Both the position numbers and the translations under genes were made by a program. DNA of 64,000 nt, from positions 1-64,000 of the IMG/VR virus record IMGVR_UViG_3300006201_000008, one strand, 5' to 3'. Shown in pieces: positions 21,101 to 31,054 of the stretch (position 1 is its first letter; each line of letters starts with the position of its first letter). Below the pieces are notes generated by a model that did not search any database, was not told where the DNA came from, and saw nothing but the letters and a program-made list of their open reading frames with translations. This DNA is from a virus. Lineage: Duplodnaviria > Caudoviricetes.

Positions 21101-21689
21101 AAAAATCATAAGCTTTTTCAAGATTTAAGTCGCTATACCATCCTTTAAATACATATCCTTGCTTTGTAGGATCATTAGGTTTTACAATCGTTTTCCCACT
21201 TTCAACTGTTTGTCCTGAAATTAAACTCCCGCCATTTGTATTAAATATTACATTATATGTAGTTATTTGTTCTGGAACTTGATCGGGCTGCGGTTCTGGG
21301 ATAGTCGCATACTTTTTTGGTACAACTTTAACCCTACATTTTAATATTTTCTTGTTATATTTCCTTCTTTTACTGGTTTTAATTTTTACCTTAATTGTAG
21401 CCCGTCCTACATTTTTGCCTTTTAATAAAACGGATGTCGACTTCTTTTTGTAAACGGTACAAATTTTTTTATTTGTAGTTGATATTTTTTGGATTTTCCA
21501 ATTAATCGAATTATTTTTCAATTTTAATTTGTAACTTTTGCCTACTTTCAAGGTTTTGAAAGTAGTGTTAAGACCTACATTTTTCTTTGCTGCAGATATA
21601 GTTGCTAAATCTGCCTGCGGTACTGCAGATACAATCATAGCCGAAGATAAAATACTTGCAAGTGCTTTCTTTAAAAAGCATTTCCTCAT
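18171..21689 (-). CDS. secreted M4 (thermolysin-like) metalloprotease with InlB B-repeats
   Basis: Signal peptide; four FxTNGGS...PTKxGYxFxGWY...LYAKW repeats; GHEYTH (HEXXH), GALNESYAD, GGVH; C-terminal IVLTWG..DLDSH domain. Confidence 0.92.
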   Translation of the reverse strand: MRKCFLKKALASILSSAMIVSAVPQADLATISAAKKNVGLNTTFKTLKVGKSYKLKLKNNSINWKIQKISTTNKKICTVYKKKSTSVLLKGKNVGRATIKVKIKTSKRRKYNKKILKCRVKVVPKKYATIPEPQPDQVPEQITTYNVIFNTNGGSLISGQTVESGKTIVKPNDPTKQGYVFKGWYSDLNLEKAYDFSSTVSDNITLYAKWNNAYIVKFQTNGGNRIENQVIENGDKVARPINPTRPRSTFVDWFSDSQLKEKYDFSNPVTKDITIYAKWQVENNYQPNWDYTGGNGTGNNTGNNHVTQVKYTIKFDSNGGSEIEDQIVEGGNNTIKPNDPIKEGYVFDGWYIDKDLEIVYDFKTAVKENITLYAKWNAISPKKYTIKFNTNGGSIIEDQIIENANTAIKPDDPTKEGCVFSGWYIDEEFSIKFDFSEIISNNITLYAKWDENNDNLNDNRIDLGDIEHLNDRGIIDVMYDETGNISMIDGKFTNEKVNSTSDAAKIFNLASDIFNPKNDNYQHDFYVEESEITSQEINDSNMLDHSKETFYRYSPKIENIPVLGSQIILTTKDNGEASGIFSTYDDRIQNVNIYPSINSGIAKENVFNLLIDDEIKDSINNGNINKDDLYNLFDITSELIIYANDKRESPILAYEVRINGIDDINNIYYIHANGSNAGQVIDVISENQDIQMDISSEDMLDQQRTFKAEFNNNKYFLMDSGRNIHTYKSDRTTRKKYWLFGDDIVEYKIPGTIFTADNQENIEKAAVSAHANMSVVYDYYKNVLNRNSFDNNNKKIIITYNYYTDKENERGENAFWSNSKKQFIFQSATDGNESIYQKAIDAMGHEYTHAVINSVVGGWLDKGLHYKGETGALNESYADIMGSLIENKEGNDRWLIGEDARALRNMSDPSQFRQPEHYDNFDKNYKDDNGGVHRYSGIFNFAAYKMMSDRRNSNVSKETWAKIYYNSLHRLSTDAKFLDARAAILATAKSYGFTNEQQEAIKKAFDDVGITEPESIRIVLTWGAEPRDLDSHLVGPGIGLFSQRFHIYFGEKNYYKNGSYSADSKDYAADLDYDDTTSFGPEITTIHSLTPGDYYFYVHDYTNGSSTDSKEMANSNAQVKIYYNDSHNLQQTFNVDKNSSGTYWNVFKLTIDNDKNISVSEINTYSSNASYD

Positions 21690-21814
21690 AACTGGTTCCT
21701 CCTTATTTGTTGAATTTATTCTTGTAAGTATACAAGTTAATTACAACTATACCACAACTATATATAAAAATACAACAAAATATTGAGAAAACATTAGAAT
21801 AAGATTAAAAGATT

Positions 21815-22497
21815 GTAACAGTTCAGGTAGCAATGTCATTTAGTTAATTATTAGGTTAGATTCTCTTACAGGGTCTAACCTAAATTTTTATAAAATCTGC
21901 CCAAATGGGTTGACAAAAAGGGGAACATGTGCGGCCACTCTCGCTACTGATTGGCTTTTAAGGGTAGCGAGAGTGGCCCTTGAAGTTGGAAATATCATTA
22001 TTATTTCAATTTCAAGGAGGTTTACATTATGTTCCACGATAAAATCAAATCCCTTTTCTTCTCTTCGATTCAATCGGTCGTATCCACAATCTCAGACTTC
22101 GCGGTTCATCCTGATAAGGATTTTACGCGTCGTAAAAAATTCCCCGCTGACAAACTCCTGACATTCCTGATTGCGGAAGGTTCTTCCGCTACCAAAAATG
22201 AACTGCTTGATTTTTTTGACATGGATATTGACAAGCCTACGGATTCCGCTTTTAACCAGCAAAGAGCCAAACTCAAGCCCGAAACCCTTGAAGCTGTCTT
22301 CCACAAGTTCAATGAGTCTGTGGATTCTCCCGGCACGCCGCCGGATTATCGTTTCCTAGCAGCAGATGGATCAACCGCCACCTTTTTTAGCAGACCCAGG
22401 TTTTCTACGGATGAGTGTTTTGTGGTATCCGGCCATTAGAAATCGCTTTGCGATGGGCCGGATACGTAACAGTTTAATGGGTTATCTGAACTGTTAC
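21815..22497. mobile_element. internally deleted IS4-family element
   Basis: Imperfect TIRs GTAACAGTTCAGGTAGC / GTTATCTGAACTGTTAC; 8-bp TSD AAAAGATT at 21807-21814 and 22498-22505; GC-rich. Confidence 0.88.
22029..22439 (+). pseudogene. truncated IS4-family transposase
   Basis: DFTRRKK, SAFNQQRAKL, FLAADGS (first D of DDE), then stops. Confidence 0.85.
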
Positions 22498-22754
22498 AAA
22501 AGATTATAAAAATCAAACTATCCATTTAAATTTCTACAAATAATAAAACTCCCAAGATATAAATTATAAAGCATCATAGGAGTCTTTTATTGAATTACAC
22601 TTTTACATTTTCATTTCTTTCTGCCAAATGTAATATATAATTTATTATTCTATGGAAATAATAACCAAAATATGGTATACTTTTCATAGTCAGATTAGAA
22701 CAGCGTAGGGATAGTCTGGTGGTTGTACTTTCCGTGAACGGAAAGGAGGTACAT

Positions 22755-22842
22755 ATGGATACGTTAGAAGTTTTGACGTTGCTGTTTGCTGTTAGTTATA
22801 TTTGCAGCTTTATCATATCTCGACAACCATCATAAAAAGTAA
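22755..22842 (+). pseudogene. type I toxin peptide, +1 frameshift
   Basis: GAAAGGAGG RBS in a structured leader; removing one T gives MDTLEVLTLLLLLVIFAALSYLDNHHKK; downstream GGCTATCTCC..GGGGATAGCC hairpin; 5'/3' complementarity between 22689 and 22957. Confidence 0.7.
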
Positions 22843-23205
22843 AACGGCTATCTCCTACTGGCATAGGGGATAGCCAACTACTTAATTATTTACATTATTA
22901 AGTTTCCGGTGGCAACCATCGGACGTGCGAAAATCCTATGATTGATCCTAATCTGATTATAAATGATACCTTGCTCATTTGCAAGTGTTAATTTAGGAAA
23001 TGGGGATGTTTTTTATCCCCATTTTTTTCAATCTCAATCGGCTCTGTATGCGTTTTTCATATTCTCACTGTGCAATTATCCGTTTTGAGATTCTGAAAAC
23101 GTCATATGATGTCATCTTTTTTATTATATTTAATCCATTCGCAACTTTTGTCATAAATCTTCTTATCCATTCCAAAAATAATACACCACCACTCACCATA
23201 TTGGA

Positions 23206-23766
23206 TTAACCTATATTTATTCCAGAAAAATCAAGTTCGAAATCTTCATATATGCCAGCTTTTATCTTATCAGAAAACGAGTATTCTTCCATTTCATCAT
23301 GCTCAAAATTATATACCATAATGCGATCTTTATCATTATCTACAATCCAGTACTCACGCACGCCAGCCATATTATATTTAATCATTTTTTTGATGTAATC
23401 TCTTTGTTTGCTGTTAGATGAAACAACTTCTATGATCCAGTCAGGTGCACCTTTACAGCCTTCCTCTGCAAGCTTGTTTTTATCACAAATGACGGATATA
23501 TCAGGCTCCAAATATGTTTTATCATCAGCATTGAGAAACACAGCAAATGGAGCTGGGAAAACTTCACATTCTCCATTATTATTCCTAATATAATCTTCGA
23601 TTTGATAAGAGATTTTCATTACTAATCGCTGATGTATCATACTAGGTGCTGCCATCATATGCATTTCACCATCTATTAATTCTGCTCTTTCTCCATCTGG
23701 TAATGCATAAATATCATCTATTGTATATTTACTATTTTCATATTCATCCAATTTTATAGCATCCAT
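23206..23766 (-). CDS. Uma2-family endonuclease
   Basis: ELIDG...AP..HQ, EPDISV, GAPDWIIEVVS, GVREYWIVD. Confidence 0.93.
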   Translation of the reverse strand: MDAIKLDEYENSKYTIDDIYALPDGERAELIDGEMHMMAAPSMIHQRLVMKISYQIEDYIRNNNGECEVFPAPFAVFLNADDKTYLEPDISVICDKNKLAEEGCKGAPDWIIEVVSSNSKQRDYIKKMIKYNMAGVREYWIVDNDKDRIMVYNFEHDEMEEYSFSDKIKAGIYEDFELDFSGINIG

Positions 23767-23794
23767 TTTTTATCTCCTTTCTTAAATATTCTCT

Positions 23795-24460
23795 TTATTT
23801 CTTTTTCATATAGTCTCTCAAATAATCAGTTGCGGTAATAATATCCTGTATATCTTTATTACTATTATGAACATGTAACTGCTCATATTCTTTCATAGAC
23901 ATCATATAGTCATTTTTATCAAACGCACGATGCTCTATCGAATCATTCACTTTTTCATCTTCAGATTCTAATTCTATATTTCCTGTCCTCTTCCGCTCTC
24001 CTCTACTGTCCTTATACGCATTATAAACAGCATGATTATCAGATTCTAAATAAATATATTTACCTAAATTTAATAATTCAAATTTTCTTATCAACATTAG
24101 TCTTACATAAGATGGACATTTATTCTTTCCTGAACACCAATCTTCAAGTGTTCGTATTGGTATGCAAAATACATATCCTATGTCAGCTTTTTTCTTCCCA
24201 GATGCATTTATAATTTCTTTTACACTCAAATGTGATGCCTTATATATGTTTTCTAACATTTTAATAGCCTGCAATTCATCTAGTTTGTACTTCTTACGAA
24301 AATCAATATAATCATCTGACAAAGAACTTGTAAAGGAATCTATATATTCATAGATTTTAATATCACATTCAGCTGCCCTCCATAACTTATAAAATATCCT
24401 ATCTGGTATAACCCTAATAATTTTACTTTTAGGCATTTTTCGTGAAACATTTCCTTTCAC
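23795..24460 (-). CDS. HTH-domain protein
   Basis: IGYVFCIPIRTLEDWCSGKNKCPSY, a Cro/C1-like HTH. Confidence 0.65.
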   Translation of the reverse strand: MKGNVSRKMPKSKIIRVIPDRIFYKLWRAAECDIKIYEYIDSFTSSLSDDYIDFRKKYKLDELQAIKMLENIYKASHLSVKEIINASGKKKADIGYVFCIPIRTLEDWCSGKNKCPSYVRLMLIRKFELLNLGKYIYLESDNHAVYNAYKDSRGERKRTGNIELESEDEKVNDSIEHRAFDKNDYMMSMKEYEQLHVHNSNKDIQDIITATDYLRDYMKKK

Positions 24461-24615
24461 ATGATTTTTAAAATAAATGAAATATAATTTTCATCCACAC
24501 AAATTTTCGGATATCTCCGTTATTTTTTGCCACGTATTACGTGGTTATTTTTTTTCATATTTTATTATATTATTTTTTCGTGAAACATTTATACCGCACT
24601 AAAAACTTCACTTTA

Positions 24616-25821
24616 TTATATATTTTTACCACCATTTAGTAGTTGTTTTTCTAATTCTTCATAATCATAAGTTCTCTGGTGAAAATTATTAAAACTATTC
24701 TTTTTATTCTTATCACCATTTTTAGAATGATCTTCATATCCAAATTTTAAACAAGACAACATCCATCCAGTTGCATTTTCAATATCATTTTGTTTTATTA
24801 ATAAATTATATGCTTTCTCTATTTTTTCAAAATCATATCCTGATTCTTTACATATGGTTCTTACATCTTTTGTCGAAAAACCTTTTAACAAACATTTGGC
24901 ATCAATGATAAAATCAATTTTATCATCTTCTGTCATTTTTTCTTTTGATGATATCACATCTTTTATAGCATCTACATTTCTACCCGTTAAATCGACAATA
25001 AATTCTACACCATATACCTTTCCTCCTCTTCCGCCCTTTAGTGGACTAAATGTAACCTTCATATCTGTTTTTTCATTTATTTCTTTTATCGCTAAATCTA
25101 ATACGCTTCTTTTAAATTCATACCATGTATTAAATTTCTTTTCAGGCGATTTTTCTACTGCCCTGTCAAAATTAGGTGCTTGTTTATTATTTAACTCTTT
25201 CCGGACAGCGTCTAATTCAGCATTCACAACTCCCATATCCAATTTTAATTCAGAAAGATTAAATTCTATATTAAACACTTGCGTTTTCAGTTCTTTAGGA
25301 ATTCCTTTTCTATAGTACGATTTACTAGACAATAACTCGTATAGTCTAAAACTGTATACATTTTTAAATTTAAGCATTGTAGGCAACTCCAATACTGTGA
25401 AATTTGCCTTAAAATCTGATAGATATTCTTTAACGTCCGAATTGTAGAATATACTAAATGTCCCATTTTCGTATCTGGCTCTATCCACAACTGAAATATA
25501 GTCGAATACTCCACCATTCTTATTTGGATCACTAAACCCCAATGTCCTAGAAGTCATATTGATAGCTACTGGCTCTAGCTGTGAATAAAAAGAACCTGCA
25601 TTGGCATTTAATAATTTTCTCAATTCATTAGCTGTCATATTGCATACTATCCTACCATTTTTATCTTCAACATACTCTTTTTTTTGAATTTTAGCTAATG
25701 ATATTGCAGTTATTTTATTTTCAAGAAGACTTGACGCATATTTTGCAGATATTAAATAATTTGATTTTGAATATTTATTATCTTTGTATGGTGTACTTTT
25801 CTCTTCATATTTACTTGGCAT
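24616..25821 (-). CDS. plasmid replication initiator (Rep_3/RepB family)
   Basis: KSNYLI.A...SLLE.K, NFT..L......YSFRLYELL, FKRSVLD.AIKEINEKTD, GRGGKV..VEF; iterons upstream. Confidence 0.92.
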   Translation of the reverse strand: MPSKYEEKSTPYKDNKYSKSNYLISAKYASSLLENKITAISLAKIQKKEYVEDKNGRIVCNMTANELRKLLNANAGSFYSQLEPVAINMTSRTLGFSDPNKNGGVFDYISVVDRARYENGTFSIFYNSDVKEYLSDFKANFTVLELPTMLKFKNVYSFRLYELLSSKSYYRKGIPKELKTQVFNIEFNLSELKLDMGVVNAELDAVRKELNNKQAPNFDRAVEKSPEKKFNTWYEFKRSVLDLAIKEINEKTDMKVTFSPLKGGRGGKVYGVEFIVDLTGRNVDAIKDVISSKEKMTEDDKIDFIIDAKCLLKGFSTKDVRTICKESGYDFEKIEKAYNLLIKQNDIENATGWMLSCLKFGYEDHSKNGDKNKKNSFNNFHQRTYDYEELEKQLLNGGKNI

Positions 25822-25841
25822 TTTTTTAGCTCCTATTGCAT

Positions 25842-26300
25842 TCTACAATTTCAACGTTATAATATATTATTATCTACAATTTCACCGCTAAAGTCAACTA
25901 CAATTTCACCGTTAAATAATATTTTTATTCTTTTTCTACTTATCATTACGTTAAATATATAATTATCTACAAAATAAAACGTCTAATATTCAAAGCTATT
26001 TATTATTTACCTATATAATACTACGTTAATTACATATTTTTTCTACAAATCATAACGTAAAATTTATTAACCTATCCTTTTTAAAATCTTTGACCATTGT
26101 TTAACGTAATAATTTGTAGAATCCTAAAAATATTTTTCTACACTTTTTCCCTTTATAAACATACTTTTCCATCTTTTCTTTCTACATTTTCACCGCTATA
26201 AGATTTAATTTATATCTACATAATTAAACGTTATAAGATACACTTTTAATCGCATATAGATACAATTTACTATTGTACATTCTACATAATACACCGTTAA
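25842..26300. repeat. iteron array / replication origin (about 11 copies, TCTACA-N7/8-CGYTA)
   Basis: Copies at 25842, 25873, 25897, 25935, 25966, 26010, 26042, 26101 (inverted), 26181, 26215, 26281; AT-rich tract follows. Confidence 0.85.
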
Positions 26301-26505
26301 AATAACAATGTGATGTTGAATTATCCCTATTTTTAGATACTTTAATTAAGAAATAAATATGTTGTTTTATTAAATATATAAACAATCTCTTATTTCATAT
26401 TATAAAAATACTATATTTTTAGTTTAAATTGTTTTTTACATTTCATTAATAAGTAATTGCTTTTTCTATAAAGCCTTGCTATAATCATACTATTATAAAT
26501 AGGAA

Positions 26506-27294
26506 ATGAGGGATACAATGGGTAAAGTATTTGCTTTATGTACTCAAAAAGGTGGGACTGCCAAAACAAGTTCAGCTATTGAGATTTCTGCTTGGCTATC
26601 AAATGAAGGATATAGAACATTACTTATAGATCTAGATCAACAATGCGATTCCACTAGAAACTCTGGAATAAAATCATCAATACATTCTATTCATGAAGTT
26701 TTTCAACAAGAATGCAAAATATCTGATGCAATACATAAAACTCAATGGTATGATGTAATACCTGCTTCTCCAATATTGTCTAAAGCCGACCAAATATACA
26801 TAGAACGTGATGATATTTATTTATTAAAAGATGTGTGCGAAATCCTTTTAAATAAATATGATTTTATTATTATAGATAACCCACCAGCTAGAAATGTGTT
26901 ACTTAATATGACTTATATTGCCGCTGATTATGTTATATGCCCTACTCTATCTGATGATAATTCAATCCGTGGAATTATAGCTGTGGAACAAGATCTTAAA
27001 AAATTACGTGATTCTAGAAATAAAGAATCTCATGCTTATATTATTGGAGTTTTATTAACCATTTTTGAAACTACAAATTCACATAAAAAAGCATTAGCCA
27101 ATTTGCAAAAAATTACTGAAGCTCTTCCAGGAGATGTTTTTATTTCCACTGTACGAAAAACAATAAAAATGGCAGAAGTAAAAACTTTATGTATGCCATT
27201 ACAAGCATACGAAAAATTCAACAATGCTTCTTTAGATTATAAAAAAATAGCAAGACGTATTATTGATATTTATGAGGAGGATTTAAATGGCTAG
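26506..27294 (+). CDS. parA: ParA partition ATPase
   Basis: QKGGTAKT deviant Walker A, LIDLDQQ, IIDNPP. Confidence 0.94.
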   Translation: MRDTMGKVFALCTQKGGTAKTSSAIEISAWLSNEGYRTLLIDLDQQCDSTRNSGIKSSIHSIHEVFQQECKISDAIHKTQWYDVIPASPILSKADQIYIERDDIYLLKDVCEILLNKYDFIIIDNPPARNVLLNMTYIAADYVICPTLSDDNSIRGIIAVEQDLKKLRDSRNKESHAYIIGVLLTIFETTNSHKKALANLQKITEALPGDVFISTVRKTIKMAEVKTLCMPLQAYEKFNNASLDYKKIARRIIDIYEEDLNG

Positions 27295-28249
27295 AAAAAA
27301 TAAATTTATGGAACAGGAAACGGATTTTGTTGGAATGTTAAATGAAGAATCATCAGAAGATAACCTTACTAAATCAATTGTTAGGGAACTAAATGAACAT
27401 TTTGAATCAGAAAATGAAATTCTTACTGCTCCTGCGAATATGTTTATTCCATATGAAGATGAAAAACTTCGGCTAGATTTACATCATGGAGAAGATCGGG
27501 AAAGATTAAAAGAATCAATTAAATTAAATGGTATATTTACTCCTGTCATATGTACAAAAAAAGACGATAAACTAATGATTTTGAGTGGCCATAATCGTGT
27601 AGATATTGCTAAAGAAATAAATGTTAAAGTTCCATACATTCTCAAAAATAATATTACTCAAGAAGAAATGGAACTCATTTGTATTGATGATAATTTAATA
27701 CATAGACAAAGAACTGATTATAAGCCTATGCAACTTGCATATTTAATAAAAGTTAAGATGGATGCAGAAAAACATCAAGGAAGAACTTTGGGAACTGAGT
27801 TCCCAAAGTATACTGGAGATAAAATTGGAGAAGAGCACGCTTTAACACGAAGAATGATTGGGAAGTATTTAAAATTAAATAATCTCATTGATCTTGCGAA
27901 AAATATGGTAGATGATAAGATTATAACGATATCGACGGGTTACGAATTAGCTTTTTTTGAACCTGAAATACAAGATGTGTTTTTAGCTTCTTTTCAAAAA
28001 TACAAAATAAATGAGAAAATACTTAAAGAAATAAGAAAACAAATACAAGAAGAAAAATTAAAAACAATTGAAGAAAAAAAAGACTATATATTAAAACTTC
28101 TTAATAGTTCATATGTACAAAAAGAAAAAAAGAGAATATTTGATTTTAGAAATATTCGAAAATTTATTCCCGAAGATATAGATGAGAGTAATACAGAAAA
28201 TTATGTGATTGAAGCAATAAAACATTATAACAAAATACGAAATAATTAA
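27287..28249 (+). CDS. parB: ParB partition protein
   Basis: LKESIKLNGIFTPV, ILSGHNR, DNL..R, HTH; overlaps parA. Confidence 0.92.
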   Translation: MARKNKFMEQETDFVGMLNEESSEDNLTKSIVRELNEHFESENEILTAPANMFIPYEDEKLRLDLHHGEDRERLKESIKLNGIFTPVICTKKDDKLMILSGHNRVDIAKEINVKVPYILKNNITQEEMELICIDDNLIHRQRTDYKPMQLAYLIKVKMDAEKHQGRTLGTEFPKYTGDKIGEEHALTRRMIGKYLKLNNLIDLAKNMVDDKIITISTGYELAFFEPEIQDVFLASFQKYKINEKILKEIRKQIQEEKLKTIEEKKDYILKLLNSSYVQKEKKRIFDFRNIRKFIPEDIDESNTENYVIEAIKHYNKIRNN

Positions 28250-28253
28250 ATTA

Positions 28254-28292
28254 AAAGAATGCCAAATAAAAATTTTAATGAGGCATTCTTTT
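28254..28292 (+). terminator. intrinsic terminator
   Basis: AAAGAATGCC...GGCATTCTTTT stem after parB. Confidence 0.65.
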
Positions 28293-28419
28293 AATTTAAA
28301 AAAATATAAGCCTGATTTTTATCAAATATCCAATTAAATATTTTATCAAAGACTTGACATAATGAATGTGGATATAGTATGATATTAAATAAAAAATGTA
28401 GTTTTGAAAGGAGATCAAT

Positions 28420-29520
28420 ATGTCTAAAAAATTTTGGTCAGTTTGCATTATAAGATTTTTGTGCTTCACAGTTCCTTCTTTACTTACTATATTTTCATTA
28501 ATTGGGGCTTTTTTTAAAGATTTTGAACCCACTTTACAAAGTCTAGGAATTTTGGGTTTTATTTTAATTTGCTGCCTTTGTTTTTCTATTACAGTGTTAT
28601 TAGAAGTGACAGGAATGATAAAAATAATAGATGATTTAGGAAAACAGTATATAGAAAAAAATAATAAGAATGATAAATCGATTTACAATTTTTATACATC
28701 GTATAAAAAAAATTTAAAAAATCACCACAATAAACCTTTTATTGTTTTAGAAAATAATAAAAAAGATAATAAAAGAATAAAACCAAAGAAAAAAGATATT
28801 GCTGGTTATTCAGATGAATTTGAAAATTATTGCATAGGGGTTAATCATCGAAATGTAGACTTTAAACTAGAAATATGTTATCCAGACTATGTTTTAGATG
28901 TTATACAAGAAGTATCAAATATTGCAATTTCTTCTATGTGTTCATCAATTTCAACAATTTATGATGAAATACCAGTCAATACTAAACTGCCGAAATCTGT
29001 TATATGTAAAAGTATAAATGATTTTAAAGAATTTATAGAAACAAAAGATAGAATCAATATTATTGTGTCTTTCAATGGTCATATATCAGGATGTTTTTTA
29101 ATAAATTTTGACAATAAGGCAATTATAAGAGCACAAACAATATTAGAATCTAAATATAAAAAATATTATGTTAATTTACGAACTATGTTGTTGTCATATT
29201 TTAAAGAAATGGCAACTATTTTAGTAGGAACAGGTATCACAAGTTTCAGTGATTTATTATTGTTTAACACTCCAGAAGGAACAAAAATGGGAAATATATA
29301 TATCAAAGAAATAATAACGTCCTTAGATTATTTAGATGAATTATATGAGTCTGAAAGTATCATTGCTGTAAACAATATTTGTAGAGTTTTTAAATTAACC
29401 AGTATACAAATATATTTGCTATTCAGTATACATCAAACAAAGGTTATATCAGACAAATTAACATTATGGAATGAACCACCCTGCCGTAAGACGCTGGATG
29501 TCCAACCCCATATACGCTAA
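28420..29520 (+). CDS. membrane protein with C-terminal CheC/CheX-like domain
   Basis: Two N-terminal TM helices; LDVIQEVSNIA (ExxN) ... FNGHISG.FLI.F ... SYFKEMATILVG follows the CheC pattern. Confidence 0.6.
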   Translation: MSKKFWSVCIIRFLCFTVPSLLTIFSLIGAFFKDFEPTLQSLGILGFILICCLCFSITVLLEVTGMIKIIDDLGKQYIEKNNKNDKSIYNFYTSYKKNLKNHHNKPFIVLENNKKDNKRIKPKKKDIAGYSDEFENYCIGVNHRNVDFKLEICYPDYVLDVIQEVSNIAISSMCSSISTIYDEIPVNTKLPKSVICKSINDFKEFIETKDRINIIVSFNGHISGCFLINFDNKAIIRAQTILESKYKKYYVNLRTMLLSYFKEMATILVGTGITSFSDLLLFNTPEGTKMGNIYIKEIITSLDYLDELYESESIIAVNNICRVFKLTSIQIYLLFSIHQTKVISDKLTLWNEPPCRKTLDVQPHIR

Positions 29521-30364
29521 TTTACTTGTAATTCACCTAAAATCAGTCTTTGTATGAATTTACTTTAAAATTTTTACCATTTTACATATCAATATTATAT
29601 TGGTTTGACAATATTTCAAGCAGATTCAAAACCTTGGACTTCCTTGATTATATCGGTATTTCAAAAAATTAGTGAAAATGATGTCCAACCCTGACTTCTT
29701 TTTTTTCTGAACACTGCGAGCAGCGGAGTATTAAACCCGTGAGAGAATAAAAATCGTAAAAAATAGGGTATACTAAATTATTTAATATACCCTATTTGAA
29801 TAATAAATACAACTATTTTTTCTTATCTTTTTATCTAAATACTACTCTTACCACTTGTTTAGAAATCTTCTTTATAACTCTATAAGATCCTATTGTATTT
29901 TTATCGCAAAAAATAACAATACGTATCTTTATTACAGCAACAATAATCATCAACTTCGTATGTACCATTCTGAATAACAAGTAAAACATCTAACATTTAT
30001 AAAGGTGCCTAGTGAATTACCAATTGTCTAAAGCCAGTGGAATTGCGATAGCCATTTTTTCAATTTTTATAAATTTTAATTTACTGATCCAGAGATGCTT
30101 GAATTTGATTTAGCTTATTTTCTAGTTCGATTACTTTTTCCGCAATTTCTTGAAAATTTTCATTGGAAATAGAACCCAATGAATGTAATTTGTTGTCTTT
30201 CTTAATATAAAATTCCATAAGTTTAAATTATCCTTTCAGTTATTTTCAGTATTAAAAAATATTTACAATTGTACAATTTTTTTAATGCATAATATTTTCA
30301 ATATAGTTTATTAAGATTGTTAGTTGTAAAATTAAAAATAATATTGTTGAAATTTATAAGATAT

Positions 30365-30680
30365 GCTATAATACCTATGTTGTCCTACCGATACCTGGCA
30401 ACAGGAGGAGATGTTTTCATGGAAGTTGCTATCTCCTTTTTTTGTTACTGTCTTAGCAGGTGTGGTTAGCCACCGCATCAACAAATGGTTAGATAGCAAA
30501 GATACAGAGGACAACCAATAGCCTGGCGGGTGCTTTGCCACTTTAAAAAGTAAAGAAGAATCCCCGGGCTGTGCTGCAACACGGTTCGGGGATTTCATTC
30601 TTTGTCCTCATGGACTTGCTATCTCTTTTGTCTATAGCAATTATAGCATATGTAGCTTTTAAATGCAATATGCAAATTTA
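30365..30680 (+). pseudogene. Fst-like type I toxin-antitoxin locus; toxin frameshifted
   Basis: TATAAT, AGGAGG RBS, ATG at 30419; with T6 instead of T7 the frame gives MEVAISFFVTVLAGVVSHRINKWLDSKDTEDNQ; GC hairpin at about 30559-30596; direct repeats TTGTCCT and CATGGA.TTGCTATCTC flank the locus; convergent -10 near 30645. Confidence 0.78.
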
Positions 30681-30766
30681 AAATTAATATTTTTAGAAAT
30701 TGTAATATAGCACAATATCTAATATAATTTGAGCATGGAGTAATCGTGTGTTACAAGATGGTACAG

Positions 30767-30862
30767 ATGGATACATACCAAGTTCTTAGTCTGTAACTTT
30801 TGGGTGGTATTTTCCTGATCACACCGCTTGTCTATATAGATAGGAATAACAAGCGAAAATAA
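30767..30862 (+). pseudogene. type I toxin peptide with internal stop
   Basis: MDTYQVLSL*LLGGIFLITPLVYIDRNNKRK, TAA at 30794-30796; downstream AGCCTAC..GTAGGCT hairpin. Confidence 0.65.
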
Positions 30863-31054
30863 ATTAGCCTACATTGTCACTTAGCCAGTATAGGTAGGCT
30901 TATAGTTTAAGTCGGAAAGAAAACCTTTTTAAGAATGATTACTTTTCTTTAGTTCATTTAATATAACATATTTAGAAATAAGATTCAAGAAATTTTGTCT
31001 TAATTCATTTATATGAATAAATGAAAAACTAAAATATAACATGAAATGTTCATT

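Noticed and set aside
24436-24590. TTTTTCGTGAAACATTT twice as parS
   Set aside because: Half-sites only, distant from parAB; insufficient support
25842-26300. Repeat array as CRISPR
   Set aside because: Irregular spacing, degenerate units and position beside a Rep gene indicate iterons
29830-30220. Holin/lysis gene at the end of the tail operon
   Set aside because: Only a degenerate minus-strand ORF with several stops; no recognisable holin or endolysin
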